Assembly: GCA_964016885.1 (NCBI GenBank)
Contig: OZ024749.1
Coordinates: 22,692,001-22,756,000 of the forward strand
Length of the DNA stretch: 64,000 nucleotides
Origin: Eledone cirrhosa
Taxonomy: Eukaryota
Direction of reading: 5' to 3'
Shown: one piece after another, positions 40,029 to 55,402 of the stretch
Layout: every line of letters begins with the position of its first letter
How positions within the stretch are numbered: the first letter of the stretch is position 1
Notes under the pieces: model-generated
What the model saw: only the letters and a program-made list of their open reading frames with translations
Told to the model about the DNA's origin: nothing
The model's database searches: none
Made by a program: the position numbers and the translations under genes

Positions 40029-40058
<30 letters not shown>

Positions 40059-40062
<4 letters not shown>

Positions 40063-40505
40063 AAAGTTTTATTTAAGACTGTTGGGTTACAACGAGTAAA
40101 TATTTTATAACTGATATAAAAGCATCCAACAGTTTCTGGAGTAGGTTTACGATATTAAACAAATGGAAACTATATTTATAAAACCATATTTATTTCGTTA
40201 TATATATTTCTGGGATATCATATTAAAAATATGTTATGCCTTCCTCAGACAAAATACATTACATAAGCTGTTTTATAAATAATTAGTGACATACCTTGTA
40301 ATAATGCAACTTCCTTTTAAAAAGTTGATTCCTTTTTAAAAGGAAGTTGCATTATTACAAGGTATGTCACTAATTATTTATAAAACAGCTTATGTATTGT
40401 ATTTTGTCTGAGGAAGGCATAACATATTTTTAATATGATATCCCAGAAATATATATAACGAAATAAATATGGTTTTATTAATATAGTTTCCATTTGTTTA
40501 ATATC

Positions 40506-40508
<3 letters not shown>
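40059..40508 (-). mobile_element. Non-coding family H3 with about 177-bp fold-back, hammerhead motif in both arms
   Basis: Arms 40148-40324 and 40332-40508. ATTTTGT-CTGAGGA..GAAA-TATATA-TA-ACGAAAT at 40401-40464. Confidence 0.75.
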
Positions 40509-40545
<37 letters not shown>

Positions 40546-40566
40546 GCACACACACACACAGGTACG

Positions 40567-40642
<76 letters not shown>

Positions 40643-41713
40643 CAACAGTAAGTCATTTACATACTTAAAGCTCAGATGTATTTTAATCCATATCCAGCCT
40701 AGCGAAAATTATTTCAGATGTTAATCCAGAGTGTATATTTTTGGTTATCTTAGATTTATAATGACAGAGCATATATTAACACAAGAAATATATCACGAAG
40801 GTTCAGCAATTTGTAGCTTCGACCAAGATGGTACGCACATACATCGGTCGGTAATTAAACACTTTTTATATGTTGTATATAAATGATCCTGATGATCTTA
40901 CCTCAAAGGTATTGTAAACGATATCTTTAGAGAATGAAGGATATGTAGATCAAATAAAGGATGTATTAATTGTTGAAATTTGATGATCTTTTTTTTGTAC
41001 GTGTATGTGTATATATGTATGCATGTTTATATGCATGCACGTGTGTTTGTATATATATATGGTTATGTGTACATATATATATATATGTGTGTGTGCACTT
41101 GTATATATATATATATATTAGTGTGTGTGTGTGTGTGTGTATGTGTGTGTGTATGTGTGTGTTTGTATGTATCTATATATGTGATCTAGATAATGTAATG
41201 CGCATTGACGCCCTTCAATCCATATCAAGACGTAAGAGATAGAATTTATTTCACCCTACAAAGAACTACAAAAGGAAAGCGAAAACATTTATATCTTTGA
41301 TATTTCGGTGACGATAACTTCTCAAAGATCTGGTGAATTGATGTATATCAGAGTTTCTTTCATTTCAGGTTACACCGTCTGACGATTAACCATGTTTGTT
41401 AGGTGAAATTTTCAAAATGGGTACAACAGCGGATGTTTTTCTTTATATATTCACTTGCGTATCTCGTTGAGAACTTCATCCAGCCATATGTTGATATGGT
41501 AGTAACTCTATCTCTCTATTCCAATATTCCTATACCACTCTCAGTCATTCCCCTTTCTCTTTATCTTTCTCTTTCTTCCCACTAAAACATATTTCTTTAT
41601 AACTAAAATGACTATAAATGACATTATATAATCTTATCAAAATGAAAATTATATATTTTGTTGCGTTTACTCAAGCTTAAGTCTTCAGTCAATCCCCGGG
41701 TTCAGTTGAATCG

Positions 41714-41807
<94 letters not shown>

Positions 41808-41909
41808 TCTCTCTCTCTCTCTATCTATCTATCCATCTCTCTCTCATAGTATACGTATGGTCACACTCACACGTATATATGCATATAAATATGGAATATG
41901 TATATGTAC

Positions 41910-41969
<60 letters not shown>

Positions 41970-41973
<4 letters not shown>

Positions 41974-42949
41974 ACTAGAGATTGATTAACATATAAAAAT
42001 ACATGAATAATCACAGGAGATAATTTAAGCTTGCGTGTAACCGCGCATAGCTAGTTTAGGCAATATTTACGTTTAAGAGTGATTAACTTTCCTTGTATAT
42101 ATCCCATTAAAGAAATATATTTCACCAATTAATCAGATGGTAAGTCACGGAAAGTGGATATTATTGGATTGTAAATAAGGAAATAGATAATTATCCAGCC
42201 ATTCGAGCTTACAGAGCGAGATCAAATCTTCAACTATCCGTTACCACGTGTTGCGTCCACACAAGATAGCGGTTTCGTTTCAGTGGCGTGAAAAGATATT
42301 CGACAACTAGAAATAGCAGCCAAAATTCTTCTCAACAGAAATAGCTCTACAATTAAGGAGCCGTATATATATATCTAAGTCCAAAATTAAGATAAATGAA
42401 TTAAATGAATTTAATCTAAATCGAAATCATGGGTGTCATGACATAATGCATGCGCCATATATCCTGAGAGTTTAAGCTCAAAGATAAATATATCTGAGAT
42501 TATAATAACTAGAGATTGATTAACATATAAAAATTCATGAATAATCACAGGAGATAATTTAAGCTTGCGTGTAACCGCGCAGTATTTACCTTTAAGAGTG
42601 ATTAACTTTCCTTGTATATATCCCATTAAAGAAATATATTTTACCAATTAATCAGATGGTAAGTCACGGATAGTGGATATTATTGGATTGTCAACAAGGT
42701 AAATATTGCCTAACAAAGGTAAATATTGCCTAAACTAGCTATGCGCGGTTACACGCAAGCTTAAATTATCTCCTGTGATTATTCATGTATTTTTATATGT
42801 TAATCAATCTCTAGTTATTATAATATGCTCAGATATATTTATCTTTGAGCTTAAATTCTCAGGATATATAGCGCATGCATTATGTCATGACACCCATGAT
42901 TCCAATTTAGATTAAATTCATTTAATTCATTTATCTTAATTTTGGACTT

Positions 42950-42951
<2 letters not shown>
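41970..42951. mobile_element. Unclassified TA-flanked non-coding element: direct copies plus an inverted arm of about 210 bp
   Basis: 41970-42180 is repeated at about 42504-42699. 42374-42580 is inverted at about 42743-42951. Relative at about 62923-63333. Confidence 0.7.
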
Positions 42952-43020
<69 letters not shown>

Positions 43021-43091
43021 TATGCATATATATATATATTATATATATATACATATATATATATATATACACACACATTTATATATATAAT

Positions 43092-43275
43092 ATAATTGTT
43101 TCTACTTTAGGCACAAGGCCAGCAATTATCCAGTGCATTACTGGTACTTTATTTTATCGACCCCGTAAGGATGAAAGGCAAAGTCAACCTCGGCGGGATT
43201 TAAACTGAGATCATAAAGGGACGTAACTATGCTGGAAATCATGGCGTCCGAGCCTCTACCGATACTGCCAATCCA
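43092..43275 (-). mobile_element. tRNA-derived SINE
   Basis: Reverse complement of the 52665-52849 family. Confidence 0.88.
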
Positions 43276-43788
43276 ATAATATACATATATATATATATAT
43301 TATATATATATATACACATATATATATATATAATATTATATATATATATATGTATTTATGTGTGTATATATGCTTGTATGTATGTATATAAAAGGTACAC
43401 AATATGTTGTTAGAATATAGGCATCCTTATTTCATATAGAAATTTCTTCTACAGGACTAGATCTGTTTCATTCATATGAAATCACGAATAATTTGATTCA
43501 TATCTATAATACTCATCTAGTGTTGTAGAAATCATATCTCTATAAATTAAAATTACTTTGTGTGTGTATATATATAGATATACATTCTTTCATACATACA
43601 TCACCTCATATATCCATACACACACAAATATACATACATACACACACCCCCACACATACCCCCCCCACACACGCACATATATATATATACATGTATATGT
43701 ATATTTTTATAAACATATGTATATATATATATATTTATATACACACACACACACACACATTTATATATATATATATTTATATATATAT

Positions 43789-43862
<74 letters not shown>

Positions 43863-43863
43863 A

Positions 43864-43991
<128 letters not shown>

Positions 43992-44631
43992 CACACATAC
44001 AAATATACACAACATTTACGACAATATTTTCAGCATATAAACTTCATATATAGTTATTTTGTTTTTTATTATATTCTACCATTATTACCTTCCTACACAC
44101 AGTGGAACAATCGTTCCATTTTGTTTAGCATGTCTTATAAACATTGACGTATAACTGAAACTAAATCTATTATTATTTTTCCCATTTAACTGTAGAAAAA
44201 AAGCAATTACCTCTTTCGTTGCAGTTTATTTCAAATCTAAAGAATCACAATTCCCAAGATAATTTTTCCTACTGCAATATACAATATATTATAAAATAAC
44301 AGTCAATATATTGTCTGTCATCTTATGTATAGTGTTCCATATAGCGCGCTCTCTCTTTCTCTATATATTTTTATTTATCCATATATCCACCCATCAATCC
44401 AGTTACCCACCCGTCAGCCCATCCAGTCTTCCACACATCCATTCATTCATCTGTCCATCCATCCATTCACTCAATTCCTCCATTGATACATCCATCTTTC
44501 CGTCCATCGATCCGTCCATCGATCCGTCTTCCCACATTTCACTCTCTATTCGTCTGTCCGTCTGAAGAAAAAGAAGAAATAGCAGAAAAAAAGAAATAGA
44601 GAAGCAGACAGAAAAAGATACATACACACAC

Positions 44632-44711
<80 letters not shown>

Positions 44712-46177
44712 AGAAGAAGAAGAAGAAGAAGAAGAAGAAGGAGAAGGAGGAGAGGAAAAGAAAAATAATAAGAAAAAGTATGAGGAGGAGGAGGAGGAAG
44801 AGAGGAAGAAAATAAGAAGAAAAAGGAGAAGAAGAAGAGGAAGAAGATGAGGAAGAAGAAGAGGAAGAAGAGGTGGAAGGAGAAGATAGAGTGAGAAGTA
44901 GAAGGTTTTAACCGAAAATTTCGCTAGTAATTTATATGTCGTATCCCACCCCTCAAAAAACAGAACAAAACAAAACAAAATAAAAAACGATATAAGTTAC
45001 ATTGAACCACGCCGGGATTTGAACTTCCGTTCCAAGAACAAATTCCACACAACATTCCATTCTATCTGCCCTTCTAACGACCATGTTGATTCACCACTTA
45101 ACAGCTCCGCATATCACTATGTCAATAATTATTAAAGATATATTAAAGATATATTACTATTTTCCACAAATATTCGAAGCATTAATCTTCAGTAATTAAC
45201 AAGGTAGAGGCCCACTACATGATACAATAGAAAGAACGGGTGGCACACTATGGAGACATTCATGACGGCTTCACTTTGTTGATTGGCTTCGTTGTTGAAA
45301 CCAATGTTAACTTCATTTGTGTTATTAATTTTCTAGAAAGCCAAGAGAAGCCATCTTTTTCTATCTACTTCTTCACTTTCTTATCTCTTAAAAATACAAT
45401 GTTATATTTATTTTGGTAATAACTTTCTTATATTTCTTTCATAACAGGAATAAATAGGTTTTAAAAAGACACACAAGGCAAACGACAGACAATATCACTA
45501 CTTTTATTGTCTGATGAAATTTCAACGACACAATAACACAATAATTTTGTCCATCTTTCACATTTAAGATTTTCTTTTCTCTCTTAATCCTTTGTGTACA
45601 ATACCAAAATATATAACATTTGATTTAAGAAGCCATTATTATAAACAATAATTTCCAAGTGTAAGAACTGTGACAATCATATAAAACGCTTGTGCTGTAT
45701 AACTCCAAAGACTTCAATAATTACTACGTATAAAGTAGTCATATTTTATTAAATATAGTATAATATCCGTGCTCTTTTGTCCTCAAGACAAAAACTAGAA
45801 GAAAATTCTTGCCATTAATCTTATGATTTGTAGTTATAGCTTAATAAGGTGCTAAGAACAAAAAATGGAACTCCGTCGGTTTCGACAGTGAGTATTCTAT
45901 ATGTTCGCACTTAACACTATGCTCAACCTTTTCTACCCATGATGTCAGGACTCCGTAACTCCTTTCCTTTTCATGTTTACGTTTAAATGGTTGAGCCTAC
46001 GTTAATATAAAAATAACATAAACGGTCTTAATGCCACCAGTCTCGGTGTGCCTATGAAGACGATGGTCACTGCTCCGTTCTGGCTGTCTATTTCCATTTT
46101 GTTTTCTGAGACAAGTCTGTATTGACTCTAATTTGTAATGGCTGTGTTATTTATTCATCGCCGCATGCCAACAGTTG

Positions 46178-46347
46178 TACGAGTGTCGGCTGAAAGGTTT
46201 ATCGGCTGACTATGAAGGTGGGATGCATTAATTTCAACCCTTCTTATTAATAACTGCATTGTTTTTTTCAAGGGATTGTTGAATAATAAACCTCAATTGC
46301 ATGAGAGAATCTTGATCAGCCTATGAACTTTTTAACTGGCCCTCTTA
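46178..46347. mobile_element. Degenerate mariner-type MITE
   Basis: TA-CGAGTGTCGGCTGAAAGGTTTATCGGCTGA versus right-end reverse complement TA-AGAGGGCCAGTTAAAAAGTTCATAGGCTGA. Confidence 0.6.
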
Positions 46348-47007
46348 TGTTGAAGAACTGAAAGTTATGTCATATGCCAGGTTAAAATTACTGTAATTGC
46401 CATGATCGAACTCACTGGCTACAGATAGTACCTATCTAATTCAACAAACCAAAGCATTAATATCTCTCTTTTTTTCTTCTTCATGTAGATCCTCTAAGAG
46501 TTAGCTCTCTTAAATTTCCATAGATTATACTTAAATAACAAATAACGTTACTGTTACCGCTCAAAGTTTCTGTTACCACGTTAAGTTTGCCTTTCATTAA
46601 TTCGGGGTCGATAAAAATACCAGTCAAGTATTGGGGCCCATTCTTCAATTCCATTCTCTTTCTCTCTATTCTTCTCTGGAAGAAATTTTCTGTATTCACA
46701 CCTGGAGAAAAGATGGGTTCTGCCAGGTCTAAAGATGCCAGATGAAGATGCTGGATAGACTATCCATGAACAACTTGAACCGTTAAGATCTCGTCCAGGA
46801 TATGTCAATATTTATAAAATAAACTTTGTATTTTATCTGATGCGAGCGTATCAAAGTTTTGGTAACCTTGAAATATATATAATAGAATAAACATGGTTTT
46901 ATAAATATAGTTTCCCTTTATTAATATCATTGATTTATATTTATATATGTATATATATACATTATATATAAATGTACGATGGAAAATAAATATATATTAT
47001 ATATATG

Positions 47008-47180
<173 letters not shown>

Positions 47181-47294
47181 ATATGCATATATATAATATA
47201 TATTTATTTTCCATCGTACATTTATATATAATGTATATATATACATATATAAATATAAATCAATGATAAAGGGAAACTATATTTATAAAACCAT

Positions 47295-47840
47295 TCCAAT
47301 GAATGGAATAACAACAACACCCAAACAAACAACACTGACCTAAGAGAAGTATAAATAAGTAAATAAAATAAAATAAATAAATAAATAAATAAATACATAC
47401 ACAAACACAATAACAACAAGCACATAAACACACACTAGTCACCCATCACACAGCAAACAAAACACTATACACACACGCAAACGCATGCGCAAAGAAAACA
47501 AAATAAAATAAACAAACAAGCAAATAAATAAATATATAGACAGACTGAATACAAATGGCGTAGACATATAATACAATAGGAGGAAACGATAACACCACTG
47601 ATGATGTTGCAGATGTGCAACGAAAGATTTATGATAAACTATATATATGAGTTTGTGTCTATATTGTATCTGTATTATTTTTGACCGTCGGTCAGTCAAT
47701 GGCAACATTGAAGACCGAGTAAGTTAGATTACCGATATAAAAGACACAGAAGCGAGAGGCGAAAACCAACCAAACAGTGAGTGTGTTCTGTTATTAATTC
47801 TGGCAATATTACACAAATATGACCCTCCCCAAGTATAACT
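47295..47840 (+). mobile_element. Penelope-like pseudo-LTR fragment of a sister family, hammerhead at 47594-47635
   Basis: Collinear with 39430-39883 (EWN codons, CGCATGCGCAAA, ATGACCCTCCC.AAGTATAAC end). CTGATGA-T-GTTGCA(GATG)TGCAAC-GAAA. Confidence 0.75.
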
Positions 47841-47850
47841 ATATATATGC

Positions 47851-47934
<84 letters not shown>

Positions 47935-48394
47935 TACACACACATATATATATATATTTAATTTTCCATCGTACATTTACCAAATAATTTGGCAAAGTTA
48001 ACACGGAAAAGTTCCACGAGAATAAAAATAAATGCCAACAAAACACACACAAACAAATGTTGCCATGCCATACATTGATGAACATAAATGAACATTCGCA
48101 ATAATCAAGACGTACACTCATTCAAGTTTACACATTGACGTTCACATACATTTATTCAGGCCAACTTCTGTAGAGAAACGAAACTTATATTCGTTTATTC
48201 TTTTGTTCTTATATATAGACTTTTATTCTTGTAATCTTTTATTCTCTATATATATATTCTTATCTTCTTGATTTGTTTTTAGCTTCAGTTTCTTTCTTTG
48301 CTATCATTAAAACTGCCTCTAAGGAACACATTTTTCTCCAATGTTACTCTAGAAATTGGCGTTAGTAGCCTCCGAGAGGAATCATAACTAAAGT

Positions 48395-48425
<31 letters not shown>

Positions 48426-48524
48426 ATACACACACACACAATACCCACACACACACAGTACACACACACATAAACACACAATCAGACACATATACACACA
48501 TACAGACACAGACACAGACACTAA

Positions 48525-48610
<86 letters not shown>

Positions 48611-48872
48611 CCTGCACACATACGAACGTATATACCAAATACATATTAAAAAAAATATATATTTATGTGTGTGTATACATATAATTATATAAACGTATAT
48701 AAATATAGACACGTAAACACGTATATAACGCACGCACACACATATGTGTATTTACCTGTAGGTATGTGTGTGCTTGCGTTATATACGTATTTATGTGTGT
48801 ATATTTATATACGTTTATACAATATGTATAGACACACACATATTATATTTACCTACATTAAATTTATATATA

Positions 48873-48920
<48 letters not shown>

Positions 48921-49082
48921 CGTATTTAAGAAAGCCACAACAATGCAAAGGGAAATCTCGAGGTAGGAAGTGAAATATAGATAGGAAAAACAGGTGAAAG
49001 TGAAAATTGAGAGAGACAAAGATGAAAACAAAACAAAGGTAGAAGGGTTACCGTAGTAGAGATTTAATCCCAATATTTCGGG

Positions 49083-49227
<145 letters not shown>

Positions 49228-49280
49228 GTGTGTGTGCATGTGCGTATGTATGTGTGTAATAGTAAATAACAGTAAAGAAA

Positions 49281-49429
49281 ATATTGTTATACTTTGGGAG
49301 GGTCATGTTGCCAATAAGAAACACACGCACCAGTTGCTTTCACTTCAATTTATTATATATTTATAAATTTATAAATTTACAAATCTACAAACTTATTGGC
49401 AACATGACCCTCCCAAAGTATAACAATAT
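49281..49429. mobile_element. Penelope pseudo-LTR 3' end with short inverted copy
   Basis: 49281-49395 is the reverse complement of about 39767-39883. 49392-49429 repeats the terminal 38 nt in the opposite orientation. Confidence 0.8.
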
Positions 49430-50033
49430 CGGTTTCAACACACGATTTCAGATAAAGAATCTTGCTAAACAAATTCAGAAACGAAGTAAAGAAAATATTC
49501 CGAGTAAAAGAGAGTGTGGAGGAAATACTGAAAAGGCAAAAACAAACCAACAACAAAACTATAACAACCACAACAACATAAATATCAACAACAAAACAAA
49601 ACACACCCGAGTGAAGACATTATATTTTGTGTCTGTGAGAAATGTACGACGTCTAGGATTTCAGGCAAGTACCAATGATATTAGGAGAAAGTTCTTGCCC
49701 ACAGCCGAACTTTGCAACACACTTGGATTAAATCCAATATGAAAACTATCGGCACTTTTGGCAGAAATACACATATCTGCTGTTTTTATTGCTGGCTTTA
49801 GTTTCAACACCTTCTCTGTCTCACTCTCTCTCTATATATATATACAATGATATTAAATAAATGGAAAGTATATTTATAAAACCATATTTATTTTATTATA
49901 TATATTTCAATGGTAACCAAGACGACATTGGTACGCTTTCATCAGATAAAATACAAAATTTGTTTCATAAATAGAGACATAGCGATGCAAATCATACCTT
50001 ACCGGTTGGAAATTCACTGAATACCACTTCTAC

Positions 50034-50064
<31 letters not shown>

Positions 50065-50205
50065 AGTATGTATACGTACATACATATATGTATACAGACG
50101 TACAGTAGTATGTATATATATACATACATGCACACATATATATATATATGTACGTATGGATTTACCGAACATTTATTATAATGCTCGCTTCGTTTCATTT
50201 TTTCC

Positions 50206-50238
<33 letters not shown>

Positions 50239-50242
<4 letters not shown>

Positions 50243-50710
50243 AAAGTTCTATTTAAAATTGTTGGGATACAACAAGTAAATATTTTTATAACTGATATAA
50301 AGCACTCGACAATTATTTGGAGTAGATATACGATATTAATAAATGGAAACTATATTTATGAAACCATATTTATTTCATTATACATATTTCAGGGATACCA
50401 AATTAAATCATGGTATGCCTTCATCAGATAAAATACAATATATAACAGTTTTACAAATAAGCTTTGACGTACCCTTTTAAAATGCAACCATTATTTTTGG
50501 AAGCCATTTGGAAGCCATCTGGATATCCAGATGGCTTCCAAAAATAATTGTTGCATTTTAAAAGGGTACGTCAAAGCTTACTTGTAAAACTGTTATATAT
50601 TGTATTTTGTCTGATGAAAACATACCATGATTTAATTTGGCATCCCTGAAATATGTATAATGAAATAAATATGGTTTTATAAATATAGTTTCCATTTATT
50701 AATATCGTAT
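50239..50710 (-). mobile_element. Family H3 copy with about 185-bp fold-back and hammerhead motif
   Basis: Centre ATCTGGATATCCAGAT (50518-50533). CTGATGA at 50611, GAAA at 50648. Same outer ends as 40059-40508. Confidence 0.75.
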
Positions 50711-50907
50711 ATATATATATATATATATATATATCCATATAAATGTATAGCTATCCCAGGGTACCCACGGAAATATATATGGTTGTTCTATGGTACTAAT
50801 TTGAGATACTAGAAGAGGTAAATATTTAAATCGTATTTTAATTTACTTAAAAGATTGTTTAATGTTTACTTGTTCCGCTCTTATATATACATATATATAT
50901 ATATATA

Positions 50908-51153
<246 letters not shown>

Positions 51154-51196
51154 ATGTATATATGTATATGTATATATATGTATATGTTTATATGAA

Positions 51197-51312
51197 GGCG
51201 TATGGCTGAGTGGTTAGAGAATTGGCTTCACAATCTTGAGGTTGTGGCTTAGATTCTTGGACAGGGCGATTCGTTGTGTCCTTGAGCAAGATACTTTATT
51301 TCACGTTGTTCC
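51197..51312 (+). mobile_element. Second tRNA-derived SINE family (head + core)
   Basis: A-box TGGCTGAGTGG, degenerate B-box, core GTGTCCTTGAGCAAGATACTT. Confidence 0.7.
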
Positions 51313-51424
51313 TTCTACCTGGAGTTGCGACCGATAGATAGTACTAGCAATTGGAAAGACCGACGAAAACATCGTTTCTTCTTCTCCCCCTTCTCCACTC
51401 CCTTATTCAGTTTCTGTTTCTTTT

Positions 51425-51479
<55 letters not shown>

Positions 51480-52664
51480 CAACACCAATGTTATATTCTC
51501 CCTGTCTCTACCCTTCCCTACTTACAACTGTGGAGCTGAATATGTCCCTCCACAAGAACGGCGCTCATTCCTTTTCCCCGTTCCTCTCTTGTTCACACAA
51601 TGGACGTCATACAGTAGTAACAAGAAAGAGCGGCCATTTTATAATTATAAAATACTAGTTGTTCTATAGTTGATCATGCAGTTATCGTGGTAGTGTTGTT
51701 CTTCTTGTTGTTGCTGCTACTGTTGTTGTTACTACCATTGTTATCATAGTTGTTGTTGTTATTGTTGTCACTATTGTTGTGTCTTGCTGCTGTTACTGTT
51801 GTTGTTGTTGTTATTGTTGTTGTTGTTGTTGTTGTTGTTACTACTGTTGTTGTTGTTGCCATTGTTGTCATTGTTCATATTGTTTTAACTATTGTTGTCG
51901 TTGCCGCTGTTATTATTATTGTTGTTGTTGTTGTCATTGTTGTTATTGCTTTAACTATTGTTGTTGTTGCTGTTACTGTTGATGTTGTTGATTTTGCTGT
52001 TGCCGTTATTGTTCTTGCTGTTACTGTTTCTGTTGTTGTAGATCTTGTTGTTGTTTTGCCGTAGTCAACTTTGATAGAGCAGACCTTGGATCAAAGGCCT
52101 TTAATCTTTCGGTTTCTATTTTTTCCCTCTCTCCAGAAAAAGAATTCACGCCCATATTATGCAACCTGTCCTTTTGTTTTCTAGACCGCAGTGTGGTGGT
52201 ATTTGAGGAAGATTTAGCTGCTACTTCTAGAAATTTAAGCGACAGCGTAGAGGCTCCCTCTTCAGTTGAAATAAAAATAGAAAAGTGCTGCAGAGACTAT
52301 CCGTTCCCCCAAAACATGTGGCCTTATGCCAGTGTTACTGTTTTACATATTATTAGTAGTAAACAATTATAGTAATAGCGAGAGTTGTGAATGAATATTA
52401 CGAGAGCTAAAACAGAAATAACTACAGCAGTTATGAATGAGTGACGCGAATGTTAAAATAGCAATAGTAACGATGGTATTGAGAGAGCTGAAGCTAAAAA
52501 AAAAAATGGATATTAAAAGAGTTAACACTAAATAGTAATTGCCGTTACGTATGAGTGTTAAGTGGTTTAAAATAAAATTAGAAGCCGGTTTCTTGACTGT
52601 GAATTAAAGGAGTCAAAAGGGAGAAGGAATAGAAACAGATGAGATTATCTATAGCTAACAAAAA

Positions 52665-52849
52665 GGCGATGGATTGGCAGTATCGGTAGAGGGTCGAACG
52701 CCATGCTTTCTAGCATAGTTACGTCCCTTTACGATCTGAGTCTAAATCCCGCCGAGGTTGACTTTGCCTTTCATCCTTACGGGGTCGATAAAATAAAGTA
52801 CTAGTAATGAACTGGGTAATTGCTGGCCTTGTGCCTACACTAGAAACAG
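52665..52849 (+). mobile_element. Full tRNA-derived SINE with 16-bp target-site duplication
   Basis: A-box-like TGGCAGTATCGG, B-box-like GAGTCTAAATCC. TTATCTATAGCTAACA at 52645-52660 and 52850-52865. Confidence 0.9.
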
Positions 52850-53103
52850 TTATCTATAGCTAACATGGGTTTAATTTACACACACACACACACACACACA
52901 CTCACACACACACACACGTGAATCTAATCTAACTCTGTACAATTGTCTCCTGTGTTTTGTTCGTTCATTTTCAACTATATATATACATACAAATGTATAT
53001 ATATATATGTATGTGTGTATATATATGTATGTGTGTATATTTATATGTATATATATATGTATATATATGTATTTATATATATGTGTGTATATATATGTAC
53101 ATA

Positions 53104-53248
<145 letters not shown>

Positions 53249-53355
53249 ATATATGTAGAAGGTGAGTATTATTGTAGTACAATAAAGCAATGCAGATATC
53301 GGATAAGTAGCACTCTACAGTTTGTGGGACTGGAGTATAAATAATATATTATATA

Positions 53356-53427
<72 letters not shown>

Positions 53428-53435
<8 letters not shown>

Positions 53436-54493
53436 TTAGAAACACACAGATACATGCGGACACACACATATATACATGAATGCATCCGCACCCAACTGTG
53501 AGTTAAGGGTGCCAACTTCACCGATGTTGCTCAATGAATGACTGGGACAGACCAATTCAGTTGAACTAGACTGAACCAGTATCAGAGTTAAAAATACATT
53601 ATGAAGAGAGAAGAAACATTTAGATATAATTAGTAATAAAATGTATCATACCCAAACTGCTCCTAAATTCCTCGACTACGTACTTTCGTGGCATAAACAA
53701 AAACAATATATCATAAAGATATAGAGTCCTTGCGAGGTCTGCCGACTTATCAAGAGGATACCTCATTTTACTAGTCTCAAGAACGCGTCTACACGACGTG
53801 AGAAAGAATCCCAAAAGGCGGAGGGGGAGATAGTCACGCGATATAACGGTCGAGAAACAGAGCTAAGCCTCTTATAACCCCGAAGGAAATACCACGGAGG
53901 CGGAGGGGGTATTTATATCGAGGCCGTAGAAGAGGTGGTGAAGAAGGCGAGAAGTATGAGTAATGGAAGCTTTCCAGCTGTCCCCACACTTCAAAGATTG
54001 CTCGACCAGAGGGAGTTATTAACAATATATTTAGAAACACACAGATACATGCGGACACACACATATATACATGAATGCATCCGCACCCAACTGTGAGTTA
54101 AGGGTGCCAACTTCACCGATGTTGCTCAATGAATGACTGGGACAGACCAATTCAGTTGAACTAGACTGAACCAGTATCAGAGTTAAAAATACATTATGAA
54201 GAGAGAAGAAACATTTAGATATAATTAGTAATAAAATGTTTCTCGACCGTTATATCGCGTGACTATCTCCCCCTCCGCCTTTTGGGATTCTTTCTCACGT
54301 CGTGTAGACGCGTTCTTGAGACTAGTAAAATGAGGTATCCTCTTGATAAGTCGGCAGACCTCGCAAGGACTCTATATCTTTATGATATATTGTTTTTGTT
54401 TATGCCACGAAACTACGTAGTCGAGGAATTTAGGAGCAGTTTGGGTATGATACATTTTATTACTAATTATATCTAAATGTTTCTTCTCTCTTC

Positions 54494-54498
<5 letters not shown>
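53428..54498. mobile_element. Non-coding family H4: 596-bp unit, partial tandem copy and inverted segment
   Basis: 53428-53644 equals 54024-54239. About 53598-53859 is inverted at 54237-54498. (TA)n flanks. Confidence 0.8.
54338..54427 (+). ncRNA. Type I hammerhead ribozyme with U3-A8 core variant (second copy on minus at about 53669-53758)
   Basis: TCCTC-TTGATAA-long stem II-GAAA-CTACGTAG-TC-GAGGA. Confidence 0.7.
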
Positions 54499-54526
<28 letters not shown>

Positions 54527-54532
<6 letters not shown>

Positions 54533-54715
54533 AGGAAGTGTGGGAAGGAACCAGAAGGACCGTAACGCACAACAGTACTCAATGCTTAGGGTAGTAGAGT
54601 GGGTAATAGGAAAATATTTAACCCCGACGGCAGAGCTCAAGCCGTGTCCACGGTTATTTCTGGACTAAATAGAATTTTTAGCTAGAAATTCTAATTTACT
54701 ACAGAAATATCCGTA
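54527..54715 (-). mobile_element. Family H2 copy
   Basis: Homologous to 12693-12830, with a terminal hairpin at about 54650-54714. Confidence 0.65.
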
Positions 54716-54741
54716 TGTATATCTATCTATCTATCTCACTG

Positions 54742-54935
54742 ACATCCAGAGGTGCCATTGCACTCAGGAGCCCCTATATGGACACACTGGAAGAGGAAAA
54801 CCATGGTTAACGTATGTTGATGCCTCAAGGGCAGACACTGGTCTGTTGGAGACGCAGGACATGGCAGCGATAATGAGGGACAGAGACCGCTAGAGAGAAC
54901 TCGTCCATGGATCTCGGGAATTTTACCCGCCCTAG
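54742..54935 (+). mobile_element. RTE/RTEX-like 3' terminal fragment
   Basis: EPLYGHTGRGKPWLTYVD..RADTGLLETQDMAAIMRDRDR*R resembles RTE C-termini. Confidence 0.6.
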
Positions 54936-54947
54936 ATATATATATTT

Positions 54948-55323
54948 AAAGGTAAACATAAATAACAGCAGAATCGGTACAGTATATGAAAGGAATATAT
55001 TAGGTTAACAGTTGAATATTAGGAAGAGGGTCTTAATGTTTCGGACATTGGTTCTTCATCAGAAGAATGAATGAGAAGTTAGATAGATTAGATAGATTGA
55101 ATAGACGGGTGGGGTGGAATTGGAAAATGTCTAATATATGTATATATATATGTATATTTTCCAATTCCATCCTGCCCGTCCCTCAATCTATCTTATTTCT
55201 CATTCTTTCTTCTGATGAAGGACAAGCGTCCGAAACGTCAAGACCCTCTTTCTGCTATTTCAAGCGTTAACTTAATAGTGCCTTCCATATACTGAACCAA
55301 TTCTGGTGTTATTTATGTTTACC

Positions 55324-55402
<79 letters not shown>

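Noticed and set aside
41185-41240. AG...GT bounded mini-exon (DNVMRIDALQSISR)
   Set aside because: Too short, weak acceptor, no supporting homology.
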